Positions 8,969 to 22,181 of a DNA stretch of 64,000 bases are shown here, in pieces. Under the pieces are notes generated by a model. That model did no database searches. It was given only the letters and a program-made list of their open reading frames with translations, and had not been told where the DNA came from. Origin of the DNA: an uncultured Gemmatimonadales bacterium (GTDB lineage: Bacteria > Gemmatimonadota > Gemmatimonadetes > Gemmatimonadales > GWC2-71-9); contig CAVSQW010000013.1 of NCBI GenBank assembly GCA_963730185.1, positions 128,001 to 192,000 of the forward strand, read 5' to 3'. The position numbers and the translations under genes are program-made. The stretch's first letter is position 1; every line of letters begins with the position of its first letter.

Positions 8969-10809
8969 TCAAGCGCCCGAGCCGGCCAGCACGTCGAGCG
9001 TCACGGGCACTCGCCCGAGCGGGGCCGACACCTGGGCGCCCTGGACCCGGTCCCGCACCGCGGTCAGCATCTCCCGCGCGATGGCCACACCCTCCGTCAG
9101 GCCGGCTTCCTTCCCCTGGTCGCTGGCCCGCCGCATCCGCTGGAGGATGACGTCCGGCACCGTGACTCCGGGGACCTCGTTGGCCAGGAACTCGGCGTTT
9201 CGGAGCGAGACCAGCGGCCAGATCCCGGCGATGATCGGAATCCGGAAGCTCTCGACGCTGGCGAGGAACCGGTCCAGCTGCTCGAGGTCGAAGACCGGCT
9301 GGGTGATCGCGAACTCCGCCCCGGCCTCGACCTTCCACGCGAACCGGCGGAGCTCCCGGTCCGGGTCCACTGCGGCCGGGTTCACGCCCACGCCGATGAC
9401 GAACCGGGTCGGCGCCCCGATCGGATTCCGGCCCGGATCGAGTCCCGATTGAGCCGCGACACCAGGTTGGTGAGGCCGATCGCGTCGATGTCGAACACGG
9501 CGGTCGCGTCGGGGTAGGGGCCCATCTTCGGTGGGTCGCCGGTGACCAGCAGCAGGTTCCGGAGCCCGGCGGCGGCGGCGCCCAGCAGGTCGCTCAGCAT
9601 GCCGAGCAGGTTACGGTCTCGGCAGGCGTAGTGGGTCACCGTCTCGAGGCCGGTCTCGCGCTCGATCATCAGCGAGGAGAGGAGCGCCCCCATCCGGCTC
9701 TGGGCTCGGGGGCCGTCGGGGACGTTGACCGCGTCGACCCCGGCCACCTTGAGGGCCCGGCACTGCTCGAACATCGGGGCCGGATCGGTGCCCCGGGGTG
9801 GCACGATCTCCACGGTGGTGATGAACTCGCCCCGGGCCAGCTTCCCGCCGTATCGGGAGCGGTCCTTGAGCGGGACCGGCTCGACCCCCGCAAACCCGGT
9901 CTCGTCGGCGCCCGTCACCGCGGCGTGATGCCGGGGCGACACCGACTGAACGAAGCCCACGATCGACTTGACGTGGTCCGGCGTGGTCCCGCAGCATCCT
10001 CCCACGAACTTGGCCCCCGCCTCCACGATCCGGCGGGCGTACTCGGCCATGTACTCGGGCCTCGCCATGTAGATCTTCCGGTCGCCCACCTCGCGCGGTA
10101 ACCCGGCGTTGGGTTGGGCCGAGATCGGGACCGTCACGACCTTCGCCAGCCGCTCCACCACGCCGAGGATGGCCTGGGGCCCGACCGAGCAGTTCACCCC
10201 GACCACGTTGGCGCCGGAGCTCGCCAGGGCCGGTCCGAAGACCTCGGGCTCGGTGCCGTAGGCGGTTCGGCCATCCTCGTTCACGGTCATCTGGGCGATG
10301 ATCGGGAGGTCGCTCACGCTCCGGATGCCCTCGATGGCGGCTTTGATCTCGTTGAGGTCGCTGAAGGTCTCCAGGATGAAGCCGTCGACCCCGCCGTTGG
10401 CGAGCCCCTGGGCCTGGCGCGCGAACGCGGCCCGCGCCTCGGTCACCGCCGTCTCGCCGAAGGGCTCGACCCTGACGCCCAGGGGGCCGATGGCGCCGAC
10501 CACCGCGGCCCGGTCGTCCGCGGCTTCGCGGGCGACCTTGGCCGCCGCGGTGTTCAGGGCCTCGGTCTCGGCCGCGAGCCCGTAGTGGGCGAGCTTGTAC
10601 GGGTTGGCGCCGAACGTGTTGGTCTCGATCGCCTCGGCGCCCACCTTCACGTAGGCCCGGTGAATGTCCCGGACCAGGTCCGGCTGACGGGCTGCCAGCT
10701 CGTCGAAGCAGACGTTGAGGAACACCCCGCGCCCGTAGAGCATGGTCCCCATGGCGCCGTCGAAGACGTGCACCCGCTCGTCGGCGATGAGGTCCGTGAG
10801 GCTGGGCAT
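8969..10809 (-). CDS. yitJ: Bifunctional homocysteine S-methyltransferase / methylenetetrahydrofolate reductase; frameshifted near 9445
   Basis: [31 protein letters not shown], then MTHFR motifs EIVPPRG, HYACRDRN, TGDPPK. The C-terminus (GAEFAITQPVFD) continues in ORF 8969-9391 after a missing G. Confidence 0.88.
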
Positions 10810-10908
10810 CGAGCCCTCCTTTCGACGCGAAAGCCCGAGGCTAAAAGGCCCCGGGTGGCGCGTTTTAGCGTTTGTTTTACGTGGCCGCAATCAGCGCAAA
10901 TCGCCACG
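10810..10908 (-). ncRNA. SAM-II-like riboswitch (aptamer ~10862-10908) with expression platform, upstream of yitJ
   Basis: Minus strand CGTGGC-GATTTGCGCTGATTGCG-GCCACG-TAAAACAAAC-GCTAAAA follows the SAM-II pattern: P1 stem, GAUUU, UUGC, terminal GCUAAA. It lies directly before a Met gene. Confidence 0.8.
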
Positions 10909-10969
10909 ATCCAGTTGTTCACCAAACCTAGCGACCTTACCCGACGATCGCCACGGGCTAGCTTCCGGG

Positions 10970-11842
10970 ATGCGAGTCCATCTGGTCGACGGGACCTACG
11001 AGCTCTTCCGCCACTACTTCGCGATGCCGTCCTCCCTGGCCCCCGACGGTCGCGAGGTCGGCGCCCTCCTCGGCGTGCTCGGCTCGATTCTGGGAATGCT
11101 CCAGTCCGGTACTACGCACGTCGGCGTCGCCACGGACCACGTGGTCGAATCGTTCCGGAACCAGCTCTGGGCCGGCTACAAGACCGGCGAAGGGCTGGAG
11201 CCCGCCCTCTGGACCCAGTTCCACCCGCTCGAGGAGGCGCTTCGAGCCATGGGCGTCGTGGTGTTCGCGATGGAGGAGCTGGAGGCCGACGACGGCCTCG
11301 CCTCAGCCGCCCGGCTGGCCGCCGCCGACCCTGAGGTGGAGCAGGTCCTGATCTGCACGCCGGACAAGGACCTGAGCCAATGCGTGGTTGGCGATCGGGT
11401 GGTCCAGTTCGACCGCCGGAAGCGGGAGCTCCGGAACGAGGCCGGCGTCCGCGCCAAGTTCGGGGTCGGGCCGCGTTCGATTCCGGACTACCTGGCCCTG
11501 GTGGGCGACGCCGCCGACGGCTTTCCGGGGATTCCCGGATGGGGCGCCAAGTCCGCCGCCCAAGTCCTGGCCCGCTACGAGTTCCTGGAAGGGATTCCGG
11601 CCGATCCGGCCCGGTGGGAGGTGACGGTCCGGGGCGCCGCTCGCCTCTCCGCGGCGCTCGAGGCCGATCGCGACCACGCCTACCTCTTCCGGCGGCTGGC
11701 GACCTTGCGAACCGACGCGCCGCTGGTTGGCTCGGTCGACGAGCTCCGCTGGCGGGGACCGACCCCCCGGTTTCAGTCCGTGGCCGCGTCGTTAGGCGCG
11801 GCCGACCTGTGGCACCGCGCCCGTCGGGCGGCCGGGTCCTGA
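10970..11842 (+). CDS. 5'-3' exonuclease / flap endonuclease (PolI N-terminal-like)
   Basis: HLVDGTYELFR, FRNQLWAGYK, EADD, TPDKDL, DYLALVGD.ADGFPGIPGWGAKSA (H3TH). Confidence 0.9.
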   Translation: MRVHLVDGTYELFRHYFAMPSSLAPDGREVGALLGVLGSILGMLQSGTTHVGVATDHVVESFRNQLWAGYKTGEGLEPALWTQFHPLEEALRAMGVVVFAMEELEADDGLASAARLAAADPEVEQVLICTPDKDLSQCVVGDRVVQFDRRKRELRNEAGVRAKFGVGPRSIPDYLALVGDAADGFPGIPGWGAKSAAQVLARYEFLEGIPADPARWEVTVRGAARLSAALEADRDHAYLFRRLATLRTDAPLVGSVDELRWRGPTPRFQSVAASLGAADLWHRARRAAGS

Positions 11843-11899
11843 TCGGCCACCCGAGCGGGCCGGGCTCCGGGCCGGGGATCCGCTCCCGGCCCAGGTACC

Positions 11900-13792
11900 T
11901 CAGTACGAGCTGCTGTACGTCGTCGTCCCGAAGCTCGCGTTCTCATGACAGAGCGTCGAGAAGCCGGCCGACATGCCGGAGCCGATGGCGCTCCAGGACC
12001 CAGCCACGCCGGTGGCCGGCGCCCAGGCGTCGTTCCATCCACTCAGACCGTGGAAGTCGGGCATCGTGATCGTCGCCGTCGAACCGCCGATCCAGGCGGT
12101 GGTCGCGGTGATGAACGCGAACCTGATCGGTGACGTCGCGTTGTAGTACTCGAACGTGGCGCCGATGGTGAAGTCGCTCCCGAACGGGAAAGTCACCGCC
12201 ATCCGCTTGTACGCGGTCGACAGGTCCGTGACGACCGGCGTGTCGATCGGGCTCGGCAAGGTGACCGACCGGTCGGCCAGGGCATTGAACGCGACCGACG
12301 CGACCCGATACTCGGCGTAGCCGGTGGCCGGCGTCGTGCCGCTCTGGGCGAGGACGGTGAGCTGGTGAAAATCCGTCGGCCGTTGGATCGCCGGGGGGAA
12401 ACCGTAGGCGGTGAAGCCGGACTGCGGGCCGCTGGTGGTCGTGTACATCCCGGCGGTGTGGCAGGCCGCGGTGGTCCAGTAGTTCATGCTGTGCGTCACC
12501 TGCTCGGCTCCCATCACGTTCGAGACGGTGATGATGGCCGTTGCCGGGGCGAACGACTCCGAGCCGCCGAAATCCACGGTCCCGACCGAGGAAGGGCCGC
12601 TCGGCACGTTCACGTCTCGGCGAACGAGCCCGCGGTCGGGGTTGGAACCGGTGAAAGGATGGCGCCATCCGATCAAGTCCCGCTGGCCCACCGCCACGCC
12701 GGTCAGCGAGAAGAGCCCGTTGGCCGCTGCGGTGGTGATGGCCCCGCCCATCGACACGAGGGCGAAATCGCCGGCGGAGAGACCGGCCACCGTGCCATTG
12801 GCCGAGGCACCGCCGATCGGCACGGTCGGGCAGGCGATGACCGTCGAGCCGGTGAGCTCGGCCCGAGTCATGAAATGCACCTGCAGCTGCGGCGTCGTCG
12901 CCGAGGTCTCGATCACGAACGCGTAGCCACCGGTCGCTCCGTTGATGCTGAACTGCACCATCGAATTGGCCGGGACCGCCAGGACGCTCCAAGGACCGTT
13001 GCCGTCCTGGTAGGCGAACCAGACCGGCTTGGGCGCGCATCCGGAGACGTCGACCGTCGCATTGCCACCGCCGCCGCTGCCGGTCGTGACCGTCACCCCG
13101 ACCGTGGCGGTCTGGTTGGCCAGGCCGGTGGCGCTGCCGGTCACCGTCAGTGGGTACGTCCCGGTGGCCAGATTCGCGGTTGCCGCGACCGTCAGCGTCG
13201 ACGTCGTGCCGGTCGTGCTGGTCGGGTTGAGGCTCGCGGTGAGACCGGCCGGGGCCCCCGAGACGGCCAGCGCCACGCTCCCGGTGAACCCGCCGGTGCG
13301 CGCGATGGTGATGGCGGACGTCCCGTTCGCTCCCTGCGCGATGGAGACCGAGGTCGGCTGGGCCGATAGCGTGTACCCACCCGCGGCGGTGATGGTCAGC
13401 GAGAAGCTCGCCGAGGCCGTGGTCACGCCGCTGCCGGACGCCTGAACGGTCAGCGGGTAGGTCCCGGGTGCGGCGGAGCCCGAGGCCGTCACCGTCACCG
13501 TCGTCGTGGTGGTGGTCCCTGACGTTTGCGGGCTCGAGGCGCTGCCGGTGACGCCCGAAGGAGCGCCCTGGACGGCGATGCTGATCGTACCCGTGTAGCC
13601 GCCCCCCCGAGTGACGGTCGCCGTGACGGCCGTCGAGGCGCCCTGGCCAATGGTGGCGCTGGTCGGGCTGAGCCCGATCGAGATGGTGGGCGTCTGCCCC
13701 GGTTGGGTACCGCCGGAGCCGGACGAGCAGGCGGCGACGACGAGGAGTGTCGCCGTCATTAGGAAGGGAATGGTGGGCCGATGGGCTAGCAT
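11900..13792 (-). CDS. Thr/Ser/Gly-rich surface lipoprotein with tandem Ig-like modules
   Basis: Lipobox LLVVAAC. Two repeated ~100-aa modules (RGGGYTGTI/RTGGFTGSV...GAP.G.T...GTYPLTV). Confidence 0.8.
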   Translation of the reverse strand: MLAHRPTIPFLMTATLLVVAACSSGSGGTQPGQTPTISIGLSPTSATIGQGASTAVTATVTRGGGYTGTISIAVQGAPSGVTGSASSPQTSGTTTTTTVTVTASGSAAPGTYPLTVQASGSGVTTASASFSLTITAAGGYTLSAQPTSVSIAQGANGTSAITIARTGGFTGSVALAVSGAPAGLTASLNPTSTTGTTSTLTVAATANLATGTYPLTVTGSATGLANQTATVGVTVTTGSGGGGNATVDVSGCAPKPVWFAYQDGNGPWSVLAVPANSMVQFSINGATGGYAFVIETSATTPQLQVHFMTRAELTGSTVIACPTVPIGGASANGTVAGLSAGDFALVSMGGAITTAAANGLFSLTGVAVGQRDLIGWRHPFTGSNPDRGLVRRDVNVPSGPSSVGTVDFGGSESFAPATAIITVSNVMGAEQVTHSMNYWTTAACHTAGMYTTTSGPQSGFTAYGFPPAIQRPTDFHQLTVLAQSGTTPATGYAEYRVASVAFNALADRSVTLPSPIDTPVVTDLSTAYKRMAVTFPFGSDFTIGATFEYYNATSPIRFAFITATTAWIGGSTATITMPDFHGLSGWNDAWAPATGVAGSWSAIGSGMSAGFSTLCHENASFGTTTYSSSY

Positions 13793-14056
13793 GGAAGCTC
13801 CGCAACGACGCAGGGTGGAGCGCTGAACCGCCCTCGATCGAGGGCGCGCTCTCTCCATTGCGCGGAAGCAAGCAGGTGGCTCGCATCGCCACCGGTCGGC
13901 CTCCTTCCGCCACCCGGGCCGGCGGGGCGCCGACCCACGCCGCGCGCCGCCCCTGCGCCCCACCGGGCCGGCGGGCTAGCCGGCTCCGGCTTGGAGCTGA
14001 GATTATAAGTTTACGATATTGTTCAGTGGGCTCTGACCACCTTGGACATTCCAGAA

Positions 14057-14086
14057 TGCAACGTTTTGAGCGACGCCACGGTCTAA
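14057..14086 (+). promoter_or_regulatory. Possible ECF-sigma promoter of the DUF5916 gene
   Basis: TGCAAC(14057)...GTCTAA(14081), resembling the AAC/GTCT pattern of ECF promoters, 28 nt before the start. Confidence 0.35.
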
Positions 14087-14113
14087 CCGAACGTTCCCGA
14101 CCGAGGTGGGCAG

Positions 14114-16656
14114 GTGATGCTGGTGGCGATGGCGATCCTGGCGCTGGGCCAGAATCCAGTGGGCGGCGAAGCGGTGGCGTCCGGGCATCCCGTCGCCACG
14201 GCGGCCCGGACGGTCGCCGTGCGAGCCGTCCGGGCACCGGTGATCGACGGGCGTGACGACGATCCGGTGTGGCAGCACGCGGTCCGGATCGACGGGTTCT
14301 CCGAGTTCGATCCGGTCGAAGGCAAGGATCCGCGGTTCCGGACCGAGGGCCGGGTGGCCTACGACAGCCGGAACTTCTACGTCTTCGTCCGGATGTTCGA
14401 TCCGGAGCCGGATCGGATCCTCAAGCTGCTGGCCCGTCGCGACGTTCGGACGGCGAGCGACCAGATCAAGATCGTCATCGACTCGTACCACGACCGCCGC
14501 TCCGGCTACGAATTCGCCGTGAACCCGGCCGGCGTGAAGCGAGATTTCTCGATCTCCAACGACAACCACGAGGACCCGGCCTGGGACGGCGTCTGGGACG
14601 TGGCGACCACGGTCGACTCGTTGGGCTGGACGGCCGAGTTTCGGATTCCGCTCTCCCAGCTCCGGTACGGCGCGGCCGAGGTCCACACCTTCGGGTTCGG
14701 GATCTGGCGGGACATCGAGCGGTACAAAGAGCGGGTGAGCTGGCCGCTGTTCCGGCGGACCGACGCCGGCTTCGTGTCCCAGCTCGGCGAGGTCACCGGG
14801 CTCCGAGGGCTGGCGTCGCCTCGGCGGCTCGAGCTGAGCCCATACGCGGTGACCCGGAACGTCACCCGGCCGGTCGGTGACGGCTTCTCGCACCCACAGC
14901 AGCTCACGGCCGGACTCGATCTCAAGTACGGGGTGTCGTCGAATCTGACGTTGGACGCGACGGTGAATCCGGATTTCGGCCAGGTGGAGGCGGATCCGGC
15001 CGTGCTCAACCTCTCGGCGGTCGAGACGTTCTACCAGGAGCGGCGGCCGTTCTTCGTCGAGGGGAGCGGCCTCCTGAGCTTCCCGATCAACTGCTACGCG
15101 GTCCGCGACTGCGGTTCGGAGAATCTGTTCTATTCGCGCCGGATCGGGCGGGCACCCCAGCTGACCGACACCTACGGCGACGCCTCGTCCTCCCAGGGCA
15201 CCACGATCCTGGGCGCCGCCAAGCTCACCGGCCGGACGTCCGGTGGACTCTCGGTCGGGCTGCTCGAGGCGGTGACCGGCCGGGAACAGGGGACCCAGGG
15301 GCGGACCATCGAGCCCCGCTCCAGCTACTCCGTGGTCCGCGCGACCCAGGACCTGCGACAGGGCGAGACGACGATCGGCGTGATCGGCACGATCGTCGAC
15401 CGATCGAAGGACCAGTGGACCGGCCCGCTGCTTCGATCGAGCGCCCTGGTGGGAGGCGTCGATGTGCGCCATCGGGTCGGTCGTTTCGAGGCGAGCGGCC
15501 GGCTGGTCGGTTCGCGGGTCGGCGGCAGCGCCGAGGCGGTCGCGGCCACCCAGACCAACGCGGTGCACTACTTCCAGCGCCCCGACGCGGGGCTCGACTA
15601 CGATCCGACCCGGACCTCGCTCACCGGGACGTCCGAACAGCTCCGCTTCGCGAAAGTGAGCGGCGCCCGGCTCCATTTCGAGACGACCTATCAGCGGGTG
15701 TCGGCCGGCTTCGAAGCCAACGACCTCGGCTTTCTCCAGCGGGCGGACTGGCAGTCGCAGGCGACGTGGGCGCAGCTCGGGTGGAACCAGCCGGGTCCGT
15801 TCTTCCGCCAGCTCTACTGGAACTTCAATCAGTGGAACGAGTGGTCCGCGGGCGGCCTGACGCTGGACCACGGCGTCGGCACCAACGTGCACTTCTCGTT
15901 GCCCAACAACGTCTGGATGCATGCCGGGATCAGCGGCTCCGGCCTCGGGACGACCTACTGCGATCAGTGCGCCCGGGGGGGGCCGGCGCTTCGGGTCGAC
16001 GGAGGGTTCTCCAGCTGGGGCGGGATCGAAGGTGACGGCCGGCAGGTGATCGTGCCGAGCCTCTGGCTCAATTATGGGCGCCGGGATGGCGGCCGGAGCC
16101 GCTCGATCGGGATCAGTCCCTCGCTGAGCTTCCGGCTGGCCAACCGCTGGACCTCGTCGGTCGGCTTCAGCTACAACTGGAACCGGGACGACCGGCAGTG
16201 GTACGACGACTACACCGATTCGGCGGCCGTCACCCACTACACCTTCGCCCACCTCGAGCAGCGGACCGGGTCGGCCACCTTCCGGGTCAACTACACCGCT
16301 TCACCCACGCTGACCGTCCAGCTCTACGCCCAGCCCTTCGTGAGCAAGGGCCGGTACACCGACATCCGGGAGCTGGCCGATCCCCGGGCGCCGGCCTACG
16401 CCGACCGCTTCCAGCCCTACGGCGATCCGGCCGTGCGTGGCGATCCGGCCCAATTCAACTACCAGCAGTTCCGCTCCAACGCGGTGCTCCGCTGGGAGTA
16501 TCGTCCCGGGTCGACGCTCTTCGTGGTCTGGCAGCACGGTCGGGAGGACAGCGAAAGCCGCTCCGGAGACCGGTCGTTCTTCGGTGACGTCGGCCAGCTC
16601 TTCCGGACGCCGGCCGACAACACCATCCTGCTCAAGCTGTCGTACTGGATCGATCG

Positions 16657-16660
<4 letters not shown>
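14114..16660 (+). CDS. DUF5916-domain protein with N-terminal CBM9-like domain (probable outer-membrane protein)
   Basis: [78 protein letters not shown]. Confidence 0.85.
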
Positions 16661-20370
<3,710 letters not shown>

Positions 20371-20380
20371 CGGGGGAATC

Positions 20381-20473
20381 TCCTTAAAGCAAAGCCCGGC
20401 GAGCTAAAACGGGCGCCGGGCATGCGTTTTAGCTGGTTTTTAACGTGGCCGCAATCAGCACAAATTGCCACGG
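20381..20473 (-). ncRNA. SAM-II-like riboswitch (aptamer ~20427-20472) with terminator-like platform, upstream of metH
   Basis: Minus strand CGTGGC-AATTTGTGCTGATTGCG-GCCACG-TTAAAAACCA-GCTAAAA, nearly identical to the yitJ leader. It is followed by GCCCGGCG-loop-CGCCGGGC-TTTGCTTT. Confidence 0.82.
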
Positions 20474-20530
20474 AACCGTCGGTTGTACCGCGAAGATAAG
20501 CAAGCGACGTGCCGACCGAAAGCGGCTGTC

Positions 20531-20575
20531 GTGAGTGGTGAGCAGGGAGTGAGTCGGCGGTAGGGAGTAGCGGGG
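20531..20575. repeat. Short degenerate heptamer tract (G-rich arm only)
   Basis: GTGAGTG GTGAGCA GGGAGTG...TAGGGAG TAG, the same unit family as the 24863/48206/56979 arrays. Confidence 0.5.
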
Positions 20576-20688
20576 CGCCGAACCGGTCCGCGGCGCCGAA
20601 GGCTGATCTCCGAGAGCGGACCGCTCGGGTGTTCGGTTCCGGGACGCGGCGTTCCGGAGGCGCACAGGGGGACGTGAGTCCGAGATTG

Positions 20689-20743
20689 GTAAGCCGTTGT
20701 AGGAGAGTCGCTTACGATTTGAGCATTCGGGCACGGCGTCTGC
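20689..20743 (+). promoter_or_regulatory. Putative sigma54 promoter with upstream IHF-like box, before the Ser/Thr kinase
   Basis: GTAAGCCGTTG (20689) and GGCACG-GCGT-CTGC (20730-20743; consensus TGGCACG-N4-TTGC). Confidence 0.45.
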
Positions 20744-20788
20744 CTTCCTAGGCACGACGAAGAAACATCCTGGCGGTGGGAGGACGGC

Positions 20789-21751
20789 GTGATCACAGCG
20801 GAGCTCTTCAACCAGCGAACGCCGTCGAGCGGGGTGCATGCGGCGCTCGATGCCGAGCGGGCGCGGGCGCGCGCGGTGCTGGGCGACCGCTATGACGTCC
20901 TCGAGTTGGTGGGGCACGGCGGGATGAGCCGGGTCTACCGCGGTCGGGAGCTCTGCACCGGCCGCGCGGTCGCGATCAAAATGCTGGCATCGCGGTATTC
21001 CGCGGTGCTGGCCGATCGGGAGCGCTTCCGGCGCGAGGCCGGGATCGCGGCGACCGTCAGGCATCCGAACATCGTCTCCTGCTTGGAATTCGTGCGCACC
21101 GGCCGCACCGTGGTGGCGGTGATGGAGTTCGTCGACGGGCCCACCCTCGCGCAGCGCCTCGAGGCCGTCGGGGCCCTCTCGCCCGCCGCCGTGCTCGGGC
21201 TGCTCGTGCCGATGGCGGCGGCGCTCGAGCACCTCCACGACAATCGAGTGGTGCACCTCGACGTCAAGCCGGCCAACATCCTCCTCCGCACGACCGACGG
21301 CGCTCCCTTCCTCACCGATTTCGGCATCGCGCTCCTCTGCACCTCGGAGCAGTCCCGAGCCGAGGTGAGCCGGCGGTTCGGCACGCCGGAGTTCATGTCG
21401 CCCGAGCAGTCGATGGGCTGGTGGGACGCCGATCACCGGAGCGACATCTACTCCCTCGGCCTGGTGGCCTACCGGGCCCTCGCCGGCCGGCTTCCCTATG
21501 CCGGTGGCAGTCCGGTCGCCCACGTCGCCCAGCGGACCTGCTTCGACGCGCCTCCGCTGGGACGGTTTGCCCCGCACGTCCCGGCCGCCCTGGCTCGAGT
21601 CATCGACCGGTGCCTGCTCCGCGATCCGAGGCGCCGTTGGGCCGGCGCGGGCGCGCTTCGGGAGGCACTGCTCGCCGTCGATCCGTCCGGGCGCCCCGTG
21701 TCCGCGACCTGGCGCGGCCGACTCGACGCCTTTCGCCGCCGGCGGGGGTAG
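20789..21751 (+). CDS. Hanks-type Ser/Thr protein kinase (kinase domain only)
   Basis: GHGGMSRVY, VAIK, HPNIV, HLDVKPANIL, DFG, GTPEFMSPEQ, SDIYSLG. Confidence 0.9.
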   Translation: MITAELFNQRTPSSGVHAALDAERARARAVLGDRYDVLELVGHGGMSRVYRGRELCTGRAVAIKMLASRYSAVLADRERFRREAGIAATVRHPNIVSCLEFVRTGRTVVAVMEFVDGPTLAQRLEAVGALSPAAVLGLLVPMAAALEHLHDNRVVHLDVKPANILLRTTDGAPFLTDFGIALLCTSEQSRAEVSRRFGTPEFMSPEQSMGWWDADHRSDIYSLGLVAYRALAGRLPYAGGSPVAHVAQRTCFDAPPLGRFAPHVPAALARVIDRCLLRDPRRRWAGAGALREALLAVDPSGRPVSATWRGRLDAFRRRRG

Positions 21752-21781
21752 TCGCCGCGGGGTCGATCAGGCCGTCTCCTC

Positions 21782-21833
21782 TTGACGATCGAGGGAAGGG
21801 GCGACATCTTCTCTCGACCGCCGAGAGGAAGAT
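21782..21833 (+). promoter_or_regulatory. sigma70-type promoter plus operator of padR-2
   Basis: TTGACG(21782)-17 bp-CATCTT(21805), then CTCTCGA-CCG-CCGAGAG (21811-21827). Confidence 0.65.
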
Positions 21834-21836
21834 CGC

Positions 21837-22181
21837 ATGGCCCCCGATCGTACCGACCTGCTGCAGGGCACGATGGATCTCCTGATCCTCAAGATCCTCT
21901 CCCACGAGCCCATGCACGGCTGGGGGCTCACCCAGCGGATCGAACAGATCTCCCGCAACGTTCTCCAGGTGAATCAGGGCTCGCTCTACCCGGCCCTGGA
22001 GCGGCTCCGGCGCCGGGGCCTGATTCGCTCCGAGTGGCGTCTCACCGAAAACAACCGGCGGGCCCGGTACTACGACCTCACCTCGGCCGGTCGGAAGCAG
22101 CTGGCGGTCGAGCGGGAGCAATGGGAGCGCTCGGCCCAGGCGGTGAACCTGATCCTGGACTGGGCCGGAGGTGCGGCATGA
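21837..22181 (+). CDS. PadR-family transcriptional regulator
   Basis: [14 protein letters not shown]...MHGW...[10 protein letters not shown]...[10 protein letters not shown]. Confidence 0.92.
   Translation: MAPDRTDLLQGTMDLLILKILSHEPMHGWGLTQRIEQISRNVLQVNQGSLYPALERLRRRGLIRSEWRLTENNRRARYYDLTSAGRKQLAVEREQWERSAQAVNLILDWAGGAA

Noticed and set aside
8101..9452. Programmed frameshifting in the two Met-cluster genes
   Set aside because: No slippery sequence or stimulatory structure; breaks are mid-domain in short homopolymers, so sequencing error is more parsimonious
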